A stretch of DNA of 64,000 nucleotides from Vicugna vicugna (GCA_013265495.1 MU058584.1:4532508-4596507); one strand, 5' to 3'; numbered from the stretch's first letter, positions 1 through 14,853 are shown. A program made the numbers and translations. Notes: a model not told the origin generated them from the letters alone.

Positions 1-53
1 CTTCTTGCATGCTAAAAGCATGTGCTCTAACCACCGAGCTATTTCCCTTTCCC
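1..53 (-). mobile_element. 5' part of a tRNA-derived SINE (camelid-type), cut by the window edge
   Basis: Reverse complement ggg...atagctcggtggttagagcacatgcttttagcatgc has an A-box-like tRNA head; same family as the copy at ~2320. Confidence 0.7.
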
Positions 54-859
54 CTATATATGTCTTATTACAAGTTTTCTATTTAAAAATTTTTTCCTGT
101 TAATTTTCCCTCTTCTTTTTGCCTTCCTTTTGAATTACTTGAAGGTTTTGCTTTTGACCCATTTTGTTTCTGCAAGGAAGATAGACGTTCATGTTTTATA
201 AGAATGTTTAAAGTCTAGTCAGTAAATACCTTGCCCTTCTCCTGAGTGTGTACCTTAGCACATTATAATCTCTTCATCCCTTGTCTAATTTTATATGCTT
301 ATATAGTTATATCCTGTTTTTCCCCTCATGAATTAAAATATTATAATTGTTTTATTAGTTAGTGTTTGTTCAGATTTACTACATGTTTACCAGTACCTTT
401 GGCTCTTCCGTCACAGATTTTCCATGTGGGATCATTTTGTACCTAAAGTACATTCTTCACCAGTTCCTTTAAGTGAGAGTTTGTTGATCTAAAACAATTT
501 TAGTTCCCTATTTTGCTTTTCTTTTCATTCCTTTCTTCCTTTTTCATCCTGTTCCAGAAAGTCTTTCTTATGTTAGTTTTTCAAAAGTAATTTTACTAGA
601 TATAGACCTCTAGACTGATAGTTACTTTATTTCAGATGATATCTCACTGTATTCTGACCTTACTTTTGAAGTTGAGAATCATCCGTCTAATTGTGATTCC
701 TTTGCAGTTAAATTGTCTGTCTTCCTTGACTATTTTTAATTGTTTTTCTTTCCTTTTTTTCCCTTCATTAATATCACAACAGTGTATCTAGGTGTGGATT
801 TTTTTTATCCTTTTTATTTTTCATACTTGTAATTTATTGATGTTCTTGGTATCATAGTA

Positions 860-2700
860 AACCTGCTTTCACAGATTAAGTTTGGAAGTGTTCCCTCTTT
901 TTCAGATTTTTGGAAGAATTTGAGGAGGGGTGTACAATTTTAAATGTAGGTAAAGTTCCCCAATGAAGCAGTCTGGTTCTGGGCTTTTCTTTCTTGGGAT
1001 ATTTTTGATTACTGATTCAATCTCCTTACTCTAGTATAGGTTTGTTCAAATTATTTATTCATTTGTTTATTATTTCATCTTGATAAATTGTATGTTTCTA
1101 TAAATTGATTCATTTCTTCTAGGTTATTCCATATGTTGTTGAATTTAGAGTAGTCTCTTTAAGATCCTTTATTTCTGTGGTATACCTTGTAATGTCTCCT
1201 CTTTTATTTCTGATTTTTGTTGAGTCATTTTTTTTTTTGTCTGTTAGTCAAGGTAAGGGTTTGTTGATTTTGATGCACTGTTTATGAAACAAATTAGTTT
1301 TATTAATATTTTTTCCTTCTCCATATCCTTTATTTCTGCTCTCATATTTATTATTTCTTTCCTCCATTAACTTTGGTTTTAGTTTTTTTTTTTAAGTTCT
1401 TTGAGGTAGGAAGTTAGGTTGTTGATCTGAAATTTTTCTTCTTTTTCAATGTAGATATTTACCACTATTAACTTCCCACTTACTACTATACCATTTACAT
1501 TTAAAGTAGTTACTGATAGGAAATTACTCACTGATACTATTTCATTAATTTTTTTCTGTGTGTCCTGTGATTATTTGGTCATACTTTCCTTTCGTGTCGT
1601 TTTTGTGTTTTGTTGATTTTTTTTTTATAGTGACATGCTTTGATTCCTTTCTCATTTTCTTTTGTAATTTTTTATAGGGTTGTTTTTTTTTTCACTGTGG
1701 TTACCATGAGAATTACATAAAACATAGTTATAACAATCTATCTTGAACCGATAACTTAAATCACATACCAAAATTTTATTCCTTTATATCCATTCCCCAC
1801 TTTGTTACCATTGTCACAGATAACATCTTTCTATATTTTGTATTCATTAACATAGTATTAGAATAATTTTTAATGCTTTTATTTTTAAAATTCTAATACT
1901 CAAAAGTGATTTATGCACTACCATTACAGTATTATAGATTTCTGTATTTGTCTATATATTTACCTTTACCACAAGCTTTTTATTTTCATATGCTTGTGTG
2001 TTGCTGTCTAGTGTCTTTTGTTTCAACTTAAAGGACTTCAGCAGATCTTGTGAGACAGATCTTGTGGTGATAAATTTCCTCAGCTTTTGTTTTTCTAGAA
2101 AAGTTTTTATTTCTTCTTCATTTTTAAAGGGCAGTTTTGGTGAATATAATACTTTTGGTTTGCAGGTTTTTTCTTTCAGCACTTTGCATAGATTATCCCA
2201 CTCCCCTCTGGCCCTGTAATTTTTCTGTTGAGAAGTCCAGTGATCTAATGGGAGCTTCTTTGTATGTAATGATTCACATTTCTCTTGCTGCTTTCAGCAT
2301 TCACTGTATGTTTGACTTTTGGTTTTTTGGGGGGTGGCTAATTAGATTTATTTATTTATTTAATGGAAATACTGGGGACTGAACCCAGGACCTTGTGAAT
2401 GCTAAGCATGCACTCTAAACACAGCTATACCCTCCCTCCACCCACTCTGTCTTCAACTTTTGACAAGTTGTTTATAGTATGTCTTTGATTTGGGCCTCTT
2501 TGGGTTCATCCTAGTTTGAGTCCTCTGAGCTTCTTGAATTTGGATGTTCATTTTTTTCCTCAGGTTTGGGAGATTGTCAGCTATTATTTTTTCAAATGGG
2601 CTGTCTACCCACTCTCTGCCTCTCTCTTCTTCTGGAACTCCCATAATGGGAATATTGTTCATCTTGTTAGTATCCTATAAATCTTCTTCAGAAAGAAGAA
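860..2700 (-). mobile_element. Degenerate LINE-1 (ORF1 and ORF2 fragments), antisense
   Basis: ORFs 1952..2182 (LYSPKLPFKNEEEIKTF...QKLRKFITTR) and 2453..2662 (NIPIMGVPEEE...IQIQEAQRT) resemble L1 ORF1p; T-rich L1-like sequence at 860-1480. Confidence 0.85.
2320..2437 (-). mobile_element. tRNA-derived SINE nested in L1 ORF1
   Basis: Reverse complement gggagggtatagctgtgtttagagtgcatgcttagcattcacaaggtcctgggttcagtccccagta with A/B-box-like motifs and a (TAAA)n tail. Confidence 0.8.
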
Positions 2701-2879
2701 AGATATTTCTGTGGGTATAGAATTCCAGTTTGACAGTTTTTTTTTTTTTTCCGCTTTAAAGATGTTACTCCATTGGTTTCTGGCAAGAAATCTTCTGTTC
2801 TCATTTTTAATCACTGGTTTTATGTAATTTGTTTTTCTTATTGCTTTAGTATTTACTTTTAAGAATATATCACAATTCC

Positions 2880-3260
2880 TATTCTTATTCTCATTGGTTA
2901 CTTAGGTTGTTTCAGGTCTTCAAGCTAATATGGATCATACTGCTATGAACATTCTAGTATACATCTTTAGGTGCCTTTATGCAGGCATTTATCTGTAGTG
3001 GAATTGCTGGGTCATGGAAGAAGCATATGATCAGATTCAGTAGATAACAGACACATGGTTTTTCAAAGTGATTATACTGTTTTACACGCTTATCAGCAAT
3101 TTGTGAGAGCTCCAGTTGCTCCATATTCTCATCGACTTTTAATATTATTAAGTCTCTTTCACTTTGATCATTGTGGTGATGTATAGTAATGTTTACTTAG
3201 GATTATAATTTGTATTTCACTAATGACTAATGAATCTGAGCACCTTTTCATGTATACAAA
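2880..3260 (-). mobile_element. Old L1 3' fragment, antisense
   Basis: gctatgaacattc...gtggaattgctgggtcat...gttgctccatattctc...atgactaatga...gagcaccttttcatg. Confidence 0.75.
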
Positions 3261-3887
3261 GTTTTAAAACATAGGACTGTATCTTCCATTGTTTATGCAT
3301 ACATAAAAACCTAAATGGGAATGCTAAATACCCGATTTTGGTAGTTTCTATTTCTAGGGACACAGGAGCTGGGTAGTTTGTTGGGCAGGGAGGTTCACTG
3401 AGGACCTTAATTTACAGTATTATTGCTAAACCAAAAGTGAATACAGGAATATCTAAAAATGTTTCAGTTTAAGTGCTCAAATCAATTCAGCATCACATAC
3501 TTTTCATAAATATTATCAGAGAAGAAAATTTTATAATATGTTTCTAATATAAGTGTAAATTCACACCCAGAAAACATAAAAATTTGGCTTTGAATAATTT
3601 GAACAAGCTTCCTGTGGTATAATTTTTCTTGCTAGGTTGTTAGGAGTTTTTAATTTTAAAGAACTTTCTATCTGAAGGTACATTAATTTCAAACTCCAAA
3701 GTAGTGAGTCATATTAATTCAGCAGTTACTTCTTGCTTATTTCTATATGTATTGTACTGTTTCGCATCATAGCTGGTTGGGTAAGTCATAAATAATTAAA
3801 ATAAATGGTTCTCAGTTGCTTTTGCCCTAATCATTTTATGCTATAACAGAAATGTTTTTCAAAGCCATCTGTTTAAATGTTCAATAA

Positions 3888-4064
<177 letters not shown>

Positions 4065-4849
4065 TAAGATTGTAATTAAAATTGCTTAGTAAGTTATCTC
4101 TGGGTTATAAAATTATGGGTAAATTTAAAATTTTTCTTTGGTAAAATCTTTAGTTAAGCATTTATTTTATAATAAAAAATTAAAGTTAAAATATTAATAG
4201 TGAAATTAGGGAGCTTATGTTTAAATTTTACATTTCAAATATATTTATGAAAATTCATATAATTGTTCAGTATATACCATAGCATTATAAAAATTTCAAG
4301 TATTTATCAAAGTATTCCATTTGCTTACAGAGACAATTTTGGCTTACCAATAGCAGTGATAAAAGCGTATAGTAATTTAGTGTCTTTTTATTTTTACCCT
4401 GCCCTTTAAACCAAGAAGTATATGTTATCTTTTCTTTTAAATTATTAGATACCATTCTGTCAGCATGTTCATTCTGACTTAGCTCACTTCTCCAAATATA
4501 GAGATTCACTATCAATTTTGTATTTTTTAAATACAATTTTAAACTTGGAAAAGACCTGAGAAATCTGTCAGTGTAATGGCCCCAGGCAACTAACCCCAAA
4601 TCTTATTTAGAGATGGTAGCTTTTGTCTTGAATCATTTTGGAGTAGTCAGTGAAATAAGAAAATATTGTTAAATACATTTTTATTGAGAGTTACCAAAAA
4701 GAAAAAGAATTGCAAATAATCAAGTAAAGTGTTTAGTAATTAAACCAGTTACTATTGTTAACATGCTTTAGGTGGAGAAAAGATTATTTTATACACTGAA
4801 ACAGAAAAGAAAAAAGAATACAAATTACAAATATTTTAAAATCAGTTTA

Positions 4850-4905
4850 TATGTATATACACACACACGCGCACACACACACACACACACTACGCACACA
4901 CATAT
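4850..4905. repeat. (TA)n/(CA)n microsatellite
   Basis: Directly visible, imperfect. Confidence 0.9.
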
Positions 4906-5394
4906 GTAACTAGAAAAGCATTGAACTGAAGGCAGAAATAAGTTTAAAATATCAGATTGTATATTAGGGGCATTTGGTATACCTGTTTCTTAGTGAATAA
5001 TAGGTACTAACGTTTGTTAGGTCACATTTTTTAAAGTTGTATTTTAGTGTACAGTGTAGACGGATTTAATTGTGCTTTTATAACCAAAAATGCCATAAAA
5101 ATATGGAATAAAACCAAGCTAAAAAAATGAAATACTGTTAAATTTTTCTGTAATAAAACTTTTGATTTCTTTTATGTACAAATAGAGGCAGAGTATTAAG
5201 AAAAACTGGTAACTAGAGTAATTCTTAAATACTAAAATCTTAGAATTATGAAAGGCATTTGATGAATACATTCAATATAGTAGGAGAAGTGTTCTGAGGC
5301 CAAAAATTAAATAAATAAAATTTAATGTAAATGTAATTTGAATACTGAGCTATACTGAAAACAGTAAAAACTGGTATCCTTTTATCTTTTGTAG

Positions 5395-5580
<186 letters not shown>

Positions 5581-5751
5581 TAAATATGACATTGCAGTTT
5601 TAAAATTTCATTAGTTTGTCATAAAATTTAATAAACAGAATATATTTGAGTACTATGGATTATTATAAAAACTAGCATTTCGCCAAGTTTTTGTTACACT
5701 ATCACGGTGATATTTTTGTAGTTTATCACTTTAAAAAGTTGTAACACTTGA

Positions 5752-6197
5752 TGTATTAGTTTCCTGGGGCTGTCATAACAATTACCACAAATTGGGTGGC
5801 CTGAAATAACAGAAACTTATTCTCTCGCGTTTCTGGAGGCTAAGTGTCTGAAATCAAGGTGTTGCAAAGTTGTTTTCTGTGGAGGCTGTCAGGAAGTACG
5901 TGTTGCTTGCTTCTCTCCTAGGTTCTGGTGGTTGCTGACCATCTTTACCATCCCTTGGCTTTTAAATGTATCCCTCCAGTCTCTGCTTCTGTGTTTACAT
6001 GCCATTCTCTCCTGTGCGCCTATGTCCACATTTCCCTCTTCTTATAAGGACACCGGTCATATTGGATTTAAGGCCCACCCTGATCCAATATGACCTCATT
6101 TTGATAATTACATCTGCAAAGACCCTATTACCAATGAAGATCGCGTTCTGTGGTTCTTGGTGGACATGAATTTTCAGGGGACACTCTTCAACCCACA
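5752..6197 (-). mobile_element. MLT1-type (ERVL-MaLR) solo LTR
   Basis: tgtattagtttcctggggctgtcataacaattaccacaa...tctggaggct...aatcaaggtg...cttataaggacacc...ggatttaaggcccaccc...ggggacactcttcaaccc. Confidence 0.85.
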
Positions 6198-7098
6198 TTT
6201 GGCTTTCCTAATTTCTCTTTGCCATCTTTTCAGTCAAGAAGATAATAGTAAATACGGAGGAGAGAAAAGTTAGGGAAGAACAGTGACTTGGGTGTGTATT
6301 CATGTATAGAATATTCACATATTTTATGTTGTTGAAAGTAAAAGTGGACTTGGCCAGAAAGTAACAATGTTGATCTCAGTGTCAATTTATGTCCAGTGAA
6401 AATGAACATAGATTACTGAAATGGGAAAACTAGACGGGATCTTTTTTCTTTTTTCAAACTGTGATTGAGGAGTCTTTGTCTATTTGGATATACACATTTA
6501 GGAGGATCAGTGGTAATATAACATGAGTACCTCATTGTGCAGAATTATACAGCTTTGTAGAAGTCTTAGAATTTGGCATTCCTGGGCCTGCAGGGTGTAA
6601 AGTGCCACTTATACCTCTCCCTATCATACTGTATTGATGACCATGAAAATTAATTAAAATTGGAGTGGTATCCCCACTCTGTTGTCTTATAAGAGGAGAA
6701 TTTCATGACAATCAAAAATCTTTTAAAGACATAAAGTAAAAGGAATGTCATATTAAAAAGAATACTGTACTATTTTATCTAGTATACTGATAAACCTCAG
6801 CTTTCCTATTTATACTATAAAAATTATATTACCTTAATTTGGGAAATTTTTAAAAGGTTATTTAGTGTGTCTATAATCAAAATCATTTTAATCAGTTAAA
6901 TAACTCATTTTCAATAAAACACTTATGTAATCTGGAATTTTTGACAATCATGAATTCTTTTTTGAAGACGTGTAATCTTTATACCATATTCTTTTCTGTT
7001 TTGTTGAAAAACCTGACTATTGAATAAAGAATCTCTTCCAGGAATAGAATATGATAGCTTGGATTTATATTGTTGCATTAAATCACGTTATTTCATAA

Positions 7099-7434
<336 letters not shown>

Positions 7435-7911
7435 TAATTCAGTAACTCCTGGTGACTGAAGGACTTCAAAAAATAGTTAATTTTTGAGGCATTTACACTG
7501 TAGGGAGCAAGGATATGAAACATACACAAAAGAACAGGGGCTAATAAATAATTAAGAATAAGATGCTAGATGAAAAGTATTGTGAAATATTTTTAAAGAA
7601 AAAATATTTAATGGCAAAATGTTTCTCCAAGTTTATGGATGCACAGCAGCAAGTAAGAAATATTAACAGTTCTAACAGTTGCAGAAAAGGCAATTAAAAT
7701 AATAAAAAAGTTATGTATGAACTTCTAGGAGAATAAATGTTTATGTTCGTGCAACAGTGGGCGCTTTACCTGTTACTTACTATTCATATGTGGACAGCAG
7801 TTCTTCCTCTCTTCTGCCTCTTTCACAGTTATGAACTAGTGACATGTGGTATTATCCCTAGGTACATTTTATAAAATAACATATGAGTGAGTGAGAAAAA
7901 GATAAGTCAAA

Positions 7912-8200
7912 GTGTGCATATGTGTGTATGTGTACACATACACACACACAGACATACACACACACATACACACAGAATTGGGAGAGGAGAGGATTGCTCT
8001 GCACGTATGAATAGTAGATGGTAATAAAGTGAAACTCCTATTGGTGCATGAACATAAACATTTAATCTCCTGGAACTTTACATATCGCATTATATATATA
8101 TATTTTATATATATATATACACATCATCTAATATATACACATATACATATATACGTACATATATATATTTATACATCACATTATAAATATATTGTATATT
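7912..8200. repeat. Compound (TG)/(CA) and (TA)-rich microsatellites
   Basis: Visible at 7912-7975 and 8090-8200. Confidence 0.85.
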
Positions 8201-10219
8201 GAAAACTATGTGAAAGAATTAATTCCCTAAAAATAACTTTATAATAGTGAACCTGATTTTTGCTTTTCATTTTCTTATTTATGAAAAGCAAAAACCAGAA
8301 ATAATTTGTCCTTGACAGTGTACAGCAGTAGAAAAATGTTTGCTTTCACCTGTTAAGCTTCTTTCCCCAACATGTTTCTCACTTTGGCTTTTTCATTTTA
8401 TAATGTCCTGTGTTCATTCACTCTATTCTTTTGATTATAAATGTCTTTTGAAATTAACCATGACTTTTTATTAACTATCAGTGACTTTTTGGTATTGGCC
8501 CAACTCCTATTAATGAATACATTTTAAAAGTACTAAAGAAAACAGCTTTTGTAATTCCTGTGAGGGGCAAAATTAAATCCAGTTATTTTACTTGCAGGTT
8601 GAGAGGACTATAAAATTAGAACAAAATCAAGATTACTTTATAAATGTATATAGGGATTTTAAATGTGGCACTGTGTTCAAGTGAATTAGGAAATTGATGA
8701 AGAAGAGTTTGTGATGGCTAATGAACCCTATTTTTGAGTTAATTGGTCTGATTGAAAATATGAAATCTGCACTGTCATTTTGTTGCTGCTATGTAATTTC
8801 CTCTTGATAATGTGCTTCAGTAAAGTTACAGTCAAACTTTGTGACTATTACATAATGAAAGAGTTGGAAATGCAGAAACATTTTAAGTGGGCCAACTATC
8901 TTTTATACCATAGAACACTTAGCCAAAAGATGTTTATGTAATCAGAGTGAATGAGGCTGAGTCATGAACAGTTGGTTTTTTCCTGAACATGTTTTTCTCA
9001 GTATTCTTTGTTGAATTAACTAAGTTAAGAAGAGTAATTCTGAAAATGGATTGAAATTATAAAAATAAATTTTGTGTTTTGTAAGAAACCCAACAATTCA
9101 TAGGTCTATATATCTGAAGAAATTAATAATCTTTCTTCTTAATCCCACTATCTTTTCGTTCAGTATTTTATGCTAAATCCTTGACAGTAATGTTCAGACA
9201 AACTCATCTCAACTCACCACATAGTTGTTGGGTGCCTGCTGTGCACTATACTATATGTTATACTAAACTTTAGAAATTCAAGGATGACTGTGACGAAGAC
9301 ATGACCTCTCACTCAGGAGATTACAGTTTAGTGAAAGTAGAGATATAAATAAATATGTGAAACTTAAAATCATAGAATTGTGTGTAAGAATTATGTTCTA
9401 TATAAGTAGATCAAAGGAAGGAATAATTGTTTTTAATTGGGAACGTAAGAAACACTTGAGCAGCATTTTAAACTATGAATAAAAGTTGGATATTTGCTTT
9501 TTTCTTGTTTTCATAATATATTTATATTTTCTTAATTTGTAGGGGGCCTTTTTTTATTTCCTATGTCCTCTAACAATTTCTTTTTTACTTTTTCCTTTAT
9601 TTAGTATATTCTTTTGTCTTTTTCAATTCTTCCACTTCTCATTTGCCTTTATTTTTATATTCCTTTTTTCTTTTTATTGTCTTTTCTTTTCCTTTTTCTC
9701 TCATATCTTTCTGACATTTTTCACACCTACCCACCCCATTATTGGGCTACTTTGTTGAATCCAATCTTTAATTTTCTCCTGGTCCCCATAATTTGTCCCT
9801 GAAGGTTATTCAGGTATCCCCTGCTTTTTGAAAGTTTGCTTCTGTACTACTTTGCTTTTACTAAAGACTTATATTAATACCCGCTTTTGCTTACTGAAAG
9901 AAATCCAAAGAGGATTTTTGCTTTTACAGAAAAAAAATGTTAAAAGCGAAAATAGCATTCAGCGTTTGTTTTGTAGCGCGCACCCTGAGCAGCAAGTGGC
10001 ACCGCCAAGCTCCTTTCCCGGGAACTACACTCTGCATCTCAGCATCCAGGCATCATAGCTTTGAATTTTGTCTGTGAGCATCTGTGCTTTATCTTGATTT
10101 GTTTGTGCATCCATTAGCAAGATGTGGCCTAAGGTAATTGCTTCTTTGCTTTACTCCATTTCAGCTTATGAAAGATTCCATAGGAATGCTCTGCTCTCAG
10201 ATCGCAGGGGAAACCTGTA

Positions 10220-10930
10220 TCCAAAATCTCTATTGCTTCTTCCTACCCTGCCGCTACTACCCTGATCCAAGGCAGCAGCATCTCTCTTCCTAGATTATTA
10301 CAGTAGCTTTCTAACCAGTCCCCCTGCTTTCACATCCGCCCCCTCCAGTCCTTTAGCTACACAGTAGCCAAAGTCATCCTTTAAAACATAAGTCATATCA
10401 TGCCATTGCTCTGATCCACACTCCAAGTGGCTCCCCACCTCACTCAGAACAAAACTGAGGTCCTCACAGTGACTTCAGGATCTTTGTTCATCTGGTTCTT
10501 ACTACTTCTACTGCTCTTTCCTTTGTTTGTTCTGCTCTAGCCACCACATCTACTTACTTACTCAGCAGGCTGAGCGTGCTTCTACCTTATGGCTTGGCAT
10601 TTACTCGGCCTGAAGTGGCCTCCCCCCACATCTAGATTTCTTTCCCTTCGTCTCTTACAGGGCTTTGCCCATGTCACCGGCTCTGTGAGGCCCTACCTCA
10701 CCACCTAATTTAAAATTGTAACCCTTTATTCTCTGGTACTACCTATCTCCCTTTCCTACTTTATTTTTTCTGTAACACCATTTTCTTTGTATATTTTACT
10801 TTTTTACTTATTCTGTAAACATTGTGATGCCAGGATTTTTGTATGTTTTGTCCATTGATCTTTTCCCAGTACCTAGGGTAGTGCCTGACACAGGTGCTAA
10901 AAAAAATGTTTATTGACTGACTGAGTGAAT
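10220..10930 (+). mobile_element. L2 LINE 3' portion
   Basis: gattattacagtagctttctaaccagtc...taagtcatatcatg...; ends tagtgcctgacacaggtgct...ttgactgactgagtgaat like an L2 terminus. Confidence 0.75.
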
Positions 10931-11489
10931 ACTGTACCATTTTCAAGATTCTGGACTAATTATTTTGCAGATCTCAGAAAGTCAAACTTGGGGCTGTTTT
11001 AACTTGAAGATCTTGTTCCAAAAGTAGTTGCTGAAGTTATAACATAAGTTCTTATTTGTATAATATAAAAATTTCTCTCTCGTAACCCTGGAATGTGGGC
11101 TCTAGTTTGTTATTCTAAATAAAGTTTATATATAGAGTGCAGCCCTCTCTTTTTGGAAATGACTATTTGTCCGAGATTTTGAACAGCTGCCGCATTAGGC
11201 ATCCTCTAATCTTGTGATTATTCCCTGTCACACTTGTGACCTCTGTAGATTTTGTTACTCTCAGTTGCTCTTAGCCGTACTTACACATAATATATAACTT
11301 GTGTGGTTTTTTTTTTTTCCCTGTTTCCTTTGCTGAGAATGTAAAGGTTTTTTCCCCATTCTCCCTGTTGCTTGGTATGATTTCCAGGAGAAAATAGAAA
11401 ATTTGCAGTGAAGCTGTCACCAAGTTTCTAACAAAACCTGCTTAATTGTGAGGAGGAAAGAAAAAAAAAATCAATGAATGTCATGTTAA

Positions 11490-12460
11490 AAAAATAAAAG
11501 GGAGTGACCCACAGAATGAGAGAAAATGTTTGCAAATCTTATATCTGATTTATGATTTAGAATCTAGTATCCAGAATATATGAAGAACAGTTCCAGTTCA
11601 ACAATAAAAAGACAAATATACTAATTTAAACGTTGGTGAAGGATTTGAATAGACATTTCTACAAAGAAGAAATGGCCAGTAAGCACATAAAGAGATGCTC
11701 AGCATCACCAGTCATCAGGGAAATGCTGATCAAAACCATAGTGAGGTACCACTTCACACTTACTAGGTTGGCTAAAATAAAAAAGTCAAGACAAGTGTTG
11801 ATGAAAATGTGGTGAAATTGGAGCCCTCATACATTGGTTGGCATAAAATGGTGTGAATGCTTTGAAAAATAGTTTGGCAGTTCCTCAAAAGTGAAACACA
11901 GAGTTATCATATGATTCAGCAATTCCACTTGTAGATATATACCCAAGAAAACTGAAAACATATGCCTTTATTAAAAATTTGCACATATGTTCACAGCAGT
12001 GTTAGCCACAATAGCAAAAACTGAGAACACTTCAGTGTTCATTAACTGGTGAGTGAATAAACAAAATGTTTGTATCCAACAAATGAAGTATTATTGAGCC
12101 ATAAAGGAAATGAAATACTGATATATACTGCAGTGTGGATGAACCTTGAAATTATTATGCTAAGTGAAAGCAACCAGACAAAAAGGCCACATACTGTGCA
12201 TTATTGTGTTTGTATGAGGTGTCCAGAATAAGCATATCCCTAGAGACAGAAAATAGACTAGTGGTTGTCGGGAGGGGAGTAGAGGGGGAAGTGGGGAGTG
12301 ATTGCTGATAGGTAGAGGGTTTCTCTATAAGGTAATGAAAATGTTCTGGATTGGTGTGACACCAGCAGTTGCCCAGCTTTGTGAATATACACACTGATTT
12401 GTATACTTTAAAAGGATAAATGTTATGTGAATTATATCTCAATAAAAAGATGTTAAAAAT
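11490..12460 (+). mobile_element. L1 3' end (L1MB-like), sense
   Basis: ORF 11633..11815 KDLNRHF...KHIKRCS...IREMLIKT.VRYHFT resembles the ORF2p C-terminus; ends gtgaattatatctcaataaa. Confidence 0.88.
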
Positions 12461-13169
12461 TTAAAAGTTAAAGGGAATGACTGAGTCAGATGCCACAGAC
12501 TTGAAATAAAATAAGCTCTGAAAGGTGCCGTTTGAGTCGGACATTGTTGATCATTTTATCATTGATCAGTGAACTTAGCAAGTGATCATTCACTGGTGAC
12601 AGTGATGAGAATGATGAGTTCAGTGGGAAACATTAGATTGATGTCAGTGAACTGAGGGAGGAGTGGTACATAAAGATAGAAAGAATGCAGACTTTTTAAA
12701 AGAAACTTGACAGTAAAGCTTCAGAAGGCATGAGAAAAGAGTGTAATTTGAAGTATGAAGCTGAGGTGTTTTGTTTATTAAAAATGATAGGATATTCAGA
12801 ATTTATGAGGAAAAACCAGGAGAGAAGACATGAAGGTAGGTATGGGAAAGAGAGAATAATTGTTGAAGCAACATGCTTGAGGAGTTGAGAGAATGAAATA
12901 AAGAGCGCAGATGGAGGTTAGGCTTAAATGATACATCCTCTGAGAAAGGTTGGAAGAAATTAAGAAGTTATAGATTAGATATAGATAAGTTTGTAGAATG
13001 CTGCTGAATAAATTGATGTCATTTCTGTAGAACCAACTTTATTTTCTCTAAGGTAAGAGGAAACGTTACCAGCTGAGAATAAGGGCAACAGAGTAGAGTA
13101 GAGACGCTGAGGTGAGTAATGTGGGGTTGGAATAGATGTTGGGGGAGAACTGGAGAGTAAATTGTCAAT

Positions 13170-13345
13170 AGTCATAAAATAATGATAACTCCTGTTGCTA
13201 GTTAGGTATGTCAGTACTTTACATAGACTGTATTATCATCATAATAGAAAATCGAGGCTCAATGTGGTTAGATAACTTTCCTCGTGTCAATTGGAAAGTG
13301 GTACAGGTGGGATTAGAAGTCACATATACAGGATTTCAAAGCTGC
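13170..13345 (-). mobile_element. MIR fragment
   Basis: gaaaatcgaggctcaatgtggttagataactt...gtc core-like sequence. Confidence 0.55.
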
Positions 13346-13525
13346 ATTCAGACCCTTCAGATGGAAGGTAAGAAGTATAGGCTGCCAGTATCAATGGATG
13401 TTTATGGCTGTCTTTCACGTTGTGATTTCGCATCTCAATAAGGAAAGTAAGAAGATGGAAAGAATCTGTTGGGCTTACAGTGTGCTTTAAGAATTGAGCA
13501 AGTGCGTTCTCTCCTCATCTGTTAG

Positions 13526-13619
13526 TTACGACAGCCTCCAGTTAAGCGTTTGAGACTTCGTGGTGACTGGTCAGACACTGGACCCCGAGCAAGGCCTGAG
13601 AGTGAACGAGAACGAGATG
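13526..13619 (+). CDS. DCAF6: DCAF6 exon D (94 nt, phase 0-1), contains basic NLS-like motif
   Basis: ctgttag| ... |gtaatt; [31 protein letters not shown]. Confidence 0.95.
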
Positions 13620-13679
13620 GTAATTGTCCTTTGGTCAGCTTTTAAAAAATACGAAATTTAAAAATTAATATTTTAACTT

Positions 13680-13940
13680 GTTTCCTTTTTTTTCACTATT
13701 ATTAAGTGGTGCTGCAACAAATGTCTTTATACCTATATATCTTAGCATACTGTGCAGGTGTTCCTTAGGATAAATTCCTCTATGTGGAATGTCTGGGTCT
13801 CTGGATAAAAGTCTTTTAATTTTGATAGTTATCTTATTACCCTCCAAAGAAATGCACTACTTTGCATTCCTACTGAAAGTATAATGTTCATCGCCACATA
13901 AAACATTGGGTGTTATCAAACTTCTTAATTTTTGCTTTTG
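13680..13940 (-). mobile_element. Old L1 3' fragment
   Basis: ccttaggataaattcctctatgtggaat...ttaccctccaaaga...ttgcattcctact. Confidence 0.65.
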
Positions 13941-14853
13941 TATTTGATTTAAAGAGAAATGAAAACTCTCAGTTTCCAACCTGAGAGTTTTATAAGAGCA
14001 CATAAATTTTTTTTTCCCCTGTCAGATACCTGTGACAAGCATAAGAAACGACTACCTTGGTAGCTTTAAGATGGCACATTTAAAATAGAATTAATCTGTG
14101 TGATTTTAATAATTGAGTCTATAGCCAAAATCTTATTCTAATGATTTCTGAAATCTTTTAGGGTCAAAAGTATATTTCCTAATATATTATTCTTGGAATT
14201 ATTTGACATTATAGTTTAAAATATAAAGTTATATTCTATAAAGGCAATAAAGTACACAATAAATTCTGTTTTCACAAAAAATTCAAGAGCAAATTATTTC
14301 CATTTTAAATTATATGATTGTAGAAGACAGTTGTCACAGTTACAGTTTGATGTAATACTTAATTTGAAAATGCTCTTAAGAAAAATCTCATATTTAAAGG
14401 AAAAAAAGAGGGGAGGGAAGAGATAAAACACTTTCTGATTTCAGTTAATTTCAAATATATGGAATTTGCAGTAAATAATGATGAAAATAAATTCAGTTTA
14501 GGGAAATTTAAGTAAGAGGGCAAACTGTCAGGTTAAGGAAATTTAAGTTGGAGGGCAAACTTTTAACCTCTTCAGCTTAGAATTCATGAGCCTTTCCTAG
14601 CCACGTACTCTTGGAACTAAAGGTGTGAGTTGGGCTCAGAGTGGGATTGTGGAAGTACCTAAGAATTGGCAAAGATGTAGGAGATGTTCTTGAGGAACTC
14701 AAAATACAGATGGAGAGTCATTCATATAAACATAAATTATAAAACGTGATGATAGCTCTAGTAGATATATATATATATATACACATTCTTATAATTTATT
14801 TAGGCGATTTGATTTTTTAAAATTGCTTTCATTTTAAAGGCCTTCAAATCTAG

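Noticed and set aside
2360..2437. tRNA gene
   Set aside because: Degenerate tRNA-like head with a (TAAA)n tail and a second related copy in the window; a SINE
1952..2662. Minus-strand ORFs as a separate gene
   Set aside because: Broken L1 ORF1 remnants interrupted by a SINE
12545..12650. C/D-box snoRNA-like atgatga motifs
   Set aside because: Lies in degraded L2-like sequence; no convincing terminal stem with a D box
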